Below the pieces are notes generated by a model. The model was not told where the DNA came from. It worked only from the letters and a program-made list of their open reading frames with translations, and ran no database searches. A stretch of 64,000 nt of DNA. It comes from Deltaproteobacteria bacterium (GTDB taxonomy: Bacteria > Bdellovibrionota > UBA1018 > UBA923). The number at the start of each line of letters is the position of its first letter. Positions within the stretch are counted from its first letter, which is position 1. Both the position numbers and the translations under genes were made by a program. This document shows positions 59,322 through 64,000 of this stretch, piece after piece. The DNA is taken from the NCBI GenBank assembly GCA_016186905.1, contig JACPKS010000084.1, forward strand, positions 2,261 through 66,260, read 5' to 3'.

Positions 59322-62300
59322 AGCCCCTCCAGCGCCGGCAGAAAGTCGCCGATGCCAAGCGGGGTCGTTCCCCTGAAAATCGTGTCTCCAAGTCCAAGCC
59401 TTCCGTCGGCGTTCCATCCCCAGCACTTGACCGAGTTGTCGTCGAGCACCGCGCAGGTTCTGCTTCCGCTGCTTGCGAAAATATCGAGAGCGGTTCTTCC
59501 GGTTCCGAGATTGACGAAGGGAAGGTGATCGCCGATCTGGGCGGCCGCGCAGCCGCGGTTTGTGGTGTCGCCAAGACCTAGCTCGCCATAAGAGTTGTAG
59601 CCCCAGCACTTTAGCTGGCCGTTTTTTTGGCCGCCCGAAGTGATCGCACAGGCATACGAATTGCCCGCGGAAATTTTTGTCGCAAGCAGCGGGCCTCCCG
59701 TACCGTCGCCGTTTATCGTTCCAAGATCGCCGTAGGCAAGATTAGCGCCCATATCGCCTGCTTCATCGCCGATAGCAGCTTTGCTTGCGCTGCAGTTGCC
59801 GAGGAGGCTTGTGTCGTAGCCGTTGTAGCCCCAGCATTTGAATCTGCCGCTGTCGAAAAGGGCACATGTATTGTAGTAACCCACGGAAAGCTGCGTGACC
59901 TTAAGCGGGTTGCTCCCATCAGTGCCAAGATCGACAAACGGAAGATTGTTTCCCATTGTGCCGCTAACGTGTCCCATGTAGCTATTCGTGGTTCCGATCC
60001 CAAGCTGGCCGTAATTATTGTAGCCCCAGCATTTCACGCGCTGGTTGTTCAAAAGCGCGCACGTAAAGGCGCTGGTGCCCGAGCCGATCTGGGTGGCGTA
60101 GTATGGATTTCCCGTTCCATTTCCGGCATCATCGCCAAGATTCACAGTGTCTAGATAATCGCCAAGCTGGTTTCCGTAGGTGCGGTTATTCGTATCTTCA
60201 TAGCCAAGATTGCCGTAGCCGTTGTAGCCAAAGCACTTCACGCGTGACTTGGCCGCCCCGCTATCCAGGATCACGCAGGTGTAGCTACCTGCTGTCGCGA
60301 CCGCTTTGACCGTTCTTCCAGTCCCCACCAGGGCGATAGGCAGCGCGTCCCCCATGTCTCCTGTGCCGGGGCGGTCGCCACGGTTATTGGTGTCGCCCGT
60401 CCCGAGATTGCCGTAACTGGCGTTGTAGCCCCAGCACTTCATGTTCCCGTCATCGAGAATCGCGCAGGTTGAATACACATCGCTTTTAATCGAAGTGGCG
60501 TAGCGACTGGTTCCCAGATCTACTGTACTCAAACGCGCCATTTCGCCCGGAGCGTCTCCCATTGAGAGCGCTTCGTTTCCCAGGTTTCCGTACTGGGGAC
60601 CGTCAAATCCGCCCCAGCATTTGACCGTGCGGTCGTTTAGGAGCGCGCAAGTGTCGAGGCCGCCGGCCTTGATGTCGAGCGCGGTTTTTCCTGTTCCTAG
60701 CTCCACGTACGGCAGAAAATCCCCCATCGTGAGCGGACTCGTGCCCATCGAGGCGTTGTGGCCAAGGCCTAGCTGGCCGTAGTAGTTGTAGCCCCAGCAT
60801 TTGGCTTTGGAGTTGTTCAACGTCGCGCAAACGTGGCTCACGCCAGCGGATATTTTCACGGCGTAAAGAGATCCTCCCGTGCCGTCGCCGTTTATCGTTC
60901 CAAGATCGACGGTGGACAGAGCATCGCCAAGGCTTGCCGGTGAATTGCCGTGATCGTTACTATCCCCAAGGCCAAGCTGTCCGTAGGGGTTGTAGCCGAA
61001 ACATTTCACGCGCGAGCCTCCCGCGCCACTGTCGAGAATCGCGCAGGTAAAACTGTTGCCCGTCACAAGCTGGACTACGGTTCTTCCCGCGCCAAGATCC
61101 ACGTACGGAAGAGCATCGCCCATCTCATGACCGACAGCACCGCTGTCGCCGCGATTTACAGTATCGCCCGTGCCGAGATGACCATAGCCGTTATAGCCCC
61201 AACATTTCATTTTTCCGTTCGTGAAGGCGGCGCACGAGTGATTGCTACCCACGGCGACTTGGACGACGCTGAGATCTCCGCCCGTGCCGTTGCCGTTCAC
61301 CGTTCCGAGATTGATACCGGGAAGATTGTCGTCCATCTGGTGGCCGGCGGCAGTACTGTCGCCACGGTTGGTGGTGTCTCCAAGGCCTAGCTGTCCGTAA
61401 CCGTTGTAGCCCCAGCATTTGGCGCGACCGTTGTCGAGTGCCGCACAGCTATGAACGCCGCCGACTGCGATGTCGATAGCCGTGCGGCCAGCTCCCAGAT
61501 TCACGAATGGCATGTTGTCACCGGTGTTGGCTGGAATGGCACCGTAGTGCGTCGTGTTCTCGGTGCCAAGCGAACCGTAATCATTGTAGCCAAAGCACTT
61601 GACCTTTCCCGCATCGGCGCCACCCAGAATCGCGCAGCTATGAGAGTTGGCGTTGTAGCTGGGGCTGCTTACGAGTTTGGTAACTGTCACTCCGGTGCCC
61701 AGATCGGAGTACCAGAGGTTATCGCCCATCTGGTCTGTATAGGCTCCGCGGTGCTGACTTTCTGAATCCGGTGGATGCGCGTAGATGCCCTCGGAGCCTT
61801 GCCCAAGCACTCCGTAGGAATTGTAGCCCCAGCACTTGAATCTTCCGTTCGAGAGAAGCGCGCAGTTGTTTTCGTAGCCCGCGACAATCGCGGCAACACT
61901 TACTCCCGTGTCGAAGTTTCCGAGGTTGATCGGAGCAATACTGTCTCCCATTTCGCCGGGTGCGTCCCCGACGTAAAGATTGGCAGTGCCGAGCTGACCG
62001 TAGGTATTTCGTCCCCAGCACTTTACGGTGCTTGAGGTGGGACTATCCCAGATGAGCGCGCAGGAGTGGTAGTAGCCAAGCGCTAGACTTTTGGGAAGAA
62101 ACACGTCCACCTGCGCGTCCGAAATATACGAATTCGCGTCGGTCACGCGAACGGTGACCTGGGCGGGCACGGCAGGCGCGGTGTACGCGCCGGTTCCCGC
62201 ATTGATCGTCCCGCCGGAGCCGATGATCGAATACGCGTAAGGGCCGGTGCCGCCGCTGGCGCTGAAGGTAAACGAAGTGCCCGCCGCGAGTTTTTTAGCC

Positions 62301-63154
62301 GCGGGCGAGATCTGCGGGCCGGCATAGACGTTGACGGTGGCGTCGGCTGTGAGGTTTTGCGAATCGGTTACGCGCACAAGACTTGTTTGTGGCGTGCTTG
62401 GCGCGCTGAAGACTCCGCTAGGGCTTACCGTTCCTCCGCCGGCAACCAGCGTGTAGATGTAGGGAGGAATTCCGCCGGTCGCCGCGAACGTGACGGAATG
62501 GCCCGTCGCTGCGTAGGTGAGTGCTGGCAAAATCGAAAGCGGAGCCGCGATGAGTGCCGAGCCGTAGGCACGGTTGCCGGCCGAGTCGGTGACTTCGATG
62601 ATGTCGGTGCCGGCGGTACCCGGCGCGGTATACGCTCCGGCCGCGGTGATCGTGCCGGTTCCGGCGGCGACTTTGTAGGTGTACGGGGACATTCCACCCG
62701 TGGCGCCGAAGGTGAACAGCGCGCCGGCGGCCAGCGTCTTCGAGGTTGGCGAAAGAGCAAGGGTCGTGGTGATGCTGATGACGGCAAACGCGCTGTTTGC
62801 GCGCGAGTCGGAGATGCGCAAAACCGTGATGCCGGCCACATTGGGCGCGGTATAGATCCCGCCCGAGGTGATCGTTCCCAAACCGCTGTCGACGGAGTAG
62901 GCGTAAGGGGCGCTTCCGCCACTAGCCGTGAAGGTGGCGCTCTCGTTTAAGTAAAGTGTTTTTGAAGCGGGAGTGACCAGAAGAAGGCTGACCGAGAGGC
63001 TTGCGTCGGTGGTGGCGGGCTCCTGGGTCGAAGTGGCGGAAGAAACACCCGTTACATTATTCAAGTCAGTTTGAGACGGGGACTTGCACCCTTGTAAAAA
63101 CAAAAGCAAAAGCGATGTCATCGCAATGAAAAGGGTGGGATGAATGGAGCCCAT
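59318..63154 (-). CDS. Giant secreted/lipoprotein-type RCC1-repeat protein (about 1278 aa): signal peptide, about 5 He_PIG/Ig-like domains, about 14 RCC1 blades
   Basis: Start taken at the ATG giving MGSIHPTLFIAMTSLLLLFLQGCK (GGAGG 11 nt upstream); the ORF-track ATG 63217 is an alternative. About 14 CWGYNxYGQLGLG-type repeats. Confidence 0.8.
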   Translation of the reverse strand: MGSIHPTLFIAMTSLLLLFLQGCKSPSQTDLNNVTGVSSATSTQEPATTDASLSVSLLLVTPASKTLYLNESATFTASGGSAPYAYSVDSGLGTITSGGIYTAPNVAGITVLRISDSRANSAFAVISITTTLALSPTSKTLAAGALFTFGATGGMSPYTYKVAAGTGTITAAGAYTAPGTAGTDIIEVTDSAGNRAYGSALIAAPLSILPALTYAATGHSVTFAATGGIPPYIYTLVAGGGTVSPSGVFSAPSTPQTSLVRVTDSQNLTADATVNVYAGPQISPAAKKLAAGTSFTFSASGGTGPYAYSIIGSGGTINAGTGAYTAPAVPAQVTVRVTDANSYISDAQVDVFLPKSLALGYYHSCALIWDSPTSSTVKCWGRNTYGQLGTANLYVGDAPGEMGDSIAPINLGNFDTGVSVAAIVAGYENNCALLSNGRFKCWGYNSYGVLGQGSEGIYAHPPDSESQHRGAYTDQMGDNLWYSDLGTGVTVTKLVSSPSYNANSHSCAILGGADAGKVKCFGYNDYGSLGTENTTHYGAIPANTGDNMPFVNLGAGRTAIDIAVGGVHSCAALDNGRAKCWGYNGYGQLGLGDTTNRGDSTAAGHQMDDNLPGINLGTVNGNGTGGDLSVVQVAVGSNHSCAAFTNGKMKCWGYNGYGHLGTGDTVNRGDSGAVGHEMGDALPYVDLGAGRTVVQLVTGNSFTCAILDSGAGGSRVKCFGYNPYGQLGLGDSNDHGNSPASLGDALSTVDLGTINGDGTGGSLYAVKISAGVSHVCATLNNSKAKCWGYNYYGQLGLGHNASMGTSPLTMGDFLPYVELGTGKTALDIKAGGLDTCALLNDRTVKCWGGFDGPQYGNLGNEALSMGDAPGEMARLSTVDLGTSRYATSIKSDVYSTCAILDDGNMKCWGYNASYGNLGTGDTNNRGDRPGTGDMGDALPIALVGTGRTVKAVATAGSYTCVILDSGAAKSRVKCFGYNGYGNLGYEDTNNRTYGNQLGDYLDTVNLGDDAGNGTGNPYYATQIGSGTSAFTCALLNNQRVKCWGYNNYGQLGIGTTNSYMGHVSGTMGNNLPFVDLGTDGSNPLKVTQLSVGYYNTCALFDSGRFKCWGYNGYDTSLLGNCSASKAAIGDEAGDMGANLAYGDLGTINGDGTGGPLLATKISAGNSYACAITSGGQKNGQLKCWGYNSYGELGLGDTTNRGCAAAQIGDHLPFVNLGTGRTALDIFASSGSRTCAVLDDNSVKCWGWNADGRLGLGDTIFRGTTPLGIGDFLPALEGL

Positions 63155-63340
63155 TGAAAAAAGCGCCTCCAGGTACTTAACTATCGGTCTTTTTATGTAA
63201 ATACTTGATATAAACACTGTACTATTTTATCTGCAAGCGATGTGGAATCTCAAAAAAACATGACTTTGATACTCAAAGGGTTTTTAAAATTTGTTAATTT
63301 ATATGAACTATCACCGTGCTTCGCCCTGAAAAACCAAGAA

Positions 63341-63368
63341 TTGCACTTGAAGGCGAGTTTGATATAAT
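63341..63368 (+). promoter_or_regulatory. Sigma70-type promoter TTGCAC-N16-TATAAT for phd/vapC, followed by GTTACC-N5-GTTACC direct repeat and GGAGG RBS
   Basis: -35 at 63341-63346, -10 at 63363-63368. ATG of phd at 63402. Confidence 0.5.
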
Positions 63369-63401
63369 CTAGACAGGCTAGCTGTTACCGGGAGGTTACC
63401 G

Positions 63402-63677
63402 ATGTCGGGAATATGGCAACTACAGGATGCGAAAAACCGCTTTAGTGAAGTCGTCGACAAGGCCATCGATGAAGGCCCGCAGACCGTCACGCGCAGAGGC
63501 GAGGAGGCTGTTGTCGTGATCGCGGCGCGCGAATTCCGCGATCTTGTTCGCCCCAAAACTCCGCTTGCCGAGTTCTTCGCGCGTTCGCCGCTCGTGAAAT
63601 TCGCGGTCGAGCTGGAAAAGGAATTGCAAAAGGAATTGCAGAGGAGCCGTGATGTGGGAAGGAACCTGAAGTTTTGA
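63402..63677 (+). CDS. Phd/YefM-family antitoxin
   Basis: WQLQDAKNRFSEVVDKAIDEGPQTVTRRGEEAVVVIAARE matches the Phd/YefM N-terminal fold pattern. 91 aa. Confidence 0.8.
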   Translation: MSGIWQLQDAKNRFSEVVDKAIDEGPQTVTRRGEEAVVVIAAREFRDLVRPKTPLAEFFARSPLVKFAVELEKELQKELQRSRDVGRNLKF

Positions 63678-64000
63678 AATACCTGCTCGATACGTGCCTC
63701 ATCTCGGAGCTCATGCGAACCCGCCCTGATGCAGGGGTTTTGGACTGGGTTCGCAACCACGACGAGATCGCGCTCTACTTGAGCGCGCTCACGCTCGGGG
63801 AGATCGAAAAGGGGATCGCAAAGCTCGCTGCCGGTCAGAAAGCTGATCAGAAGGCCAAAAGAGCAAAGCTCGAGACATGGTTGCGCGATGACCTGCGAAT
63901 GCGTTTCGAAGGCCGAATCCTGCCGGTTTCGGATGAGATTTGTCTTCGTTGGGGGAGAGTCTCAGCCGACGCCGAACTTCGAGGCGAGAAGATACCGGTC
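63673..64000 (+). CDS. vapC: VapC PIN-domain toxin (3'-truncated by window end)
   Basis: LKYLLDTCLISEL... (first PIN Asp in LLDT). TTGA overlap with the phd stop. Runs open to the window end. Confidence 0.7.

Noticed and set aside
52574-63217. Dozens of 60-200-aa plus-strand ORFs, and the regular about 150-170-nt periodicity that could be mistaken for a CRISPR-like or satellite array
   Set aside because: The periodicity is that of the protein-coding RCC1 blades on the minus strand (amino-acid-level repeats with divergent nucleotide sequence; no short exact DNA repeats with unique spacers). The plus-strand ORFs are antisense artefacts of GC-rich repetitive coding.

Overview
The window is a high-GC (visibly GC3-saturated) Gram-negative chromosome segment. 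The gene content (BamB-like lipoprotein, alternative complex III plus caa3 oxidase, AgmX/TonB-C-like secreted protein, giant RCC1-repeat proteins) suggests a deltaproteobacterium-like lineage (Myxococcota/Bdellovibrionota-type); this is inference only. Most of the window is tightly packed housekeeping operons. No rRNA, tRNA or CRISPR array was seen.

Layout, 5' to 3':
1. 0.1-6.6 kb: a plus-strand operon cdaA-cdaR-glmM-pdxJ-acpS-nnr-tsaE (c-di-AMP synthase module), with ATGA-type start/stop overlaps between most genes.
2. 6.6-7.5 kb: a minus-strand GAF-like hypothetical gene.
3. 7.7-16.1 kb: Rrf2 regulator, cysteine desulfurase, mnmA, MiaB/MtaB-family methylthiotransferase, rnc, a radical-SAM gene, era and der.
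4. 16.1-16.2 kb: a striking 21-bp perfect hairpin between der and the first OMP gene.
5. 16.2-17.5 kb: two small beta-barrel OMP genes.
6. 17.5-19.4 kb: a YfgM-like TPR protein and a BamB-like lipoprotein.
7. 19.5-22.9 kb: an EF-G paralog and an MFS transporter, both minus strand.
8. 23.0-27.2 kb: a three-gene glycosylation module (SAM-methyltransferase/GT2 fusion, PMT/ArnT-like GT-C membrane glycosyltransferase, Wzy_C/O-antigen-ligase-like protein).
9. 27.2-29.8 kb: a small AT-richer accessory islet (brnT/brnA toxin-antitoxin, XRE regulator, TonB-C-like lipoprotein, IS200/RAYT-type Y1 transposase with adjacent 30-bp direct repeats).
10. 29.8-35.0 kb: the lon-trpS-grxD-bolA block on the minus strand, divergent cyaY, and a DTW-domain gene.
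11. 35.1-48.1 kb: a complete alternative complex III (actABCDEF) plus Sco plus caa3-type cytochrome oxidase (coxA-coxC-coxD-coxB) plus ctaB respiratory module, with visibly lower GC than its flanks.
12. 48.1-52.5 kb: an acyl-CoA dehydrogenase / carboxyltransferase / BKACE / crotonase cluster.
13. 52.5-63.2 kb: the most unusual region. Two translationally coupled giant minus-strand genes (2274 aa and about 1278 aa) encode signal-peptide proteins built from He_PIG/Ig-like domains followed by about 28 and about 14 RCC1-type 'CWGxNxxGQLGxG' blades (4 and 2 seven-bladed propellers).
14. 63.4-64.0 kb: a phd/vapC toxin-antitoxin pair, partial at the window end.
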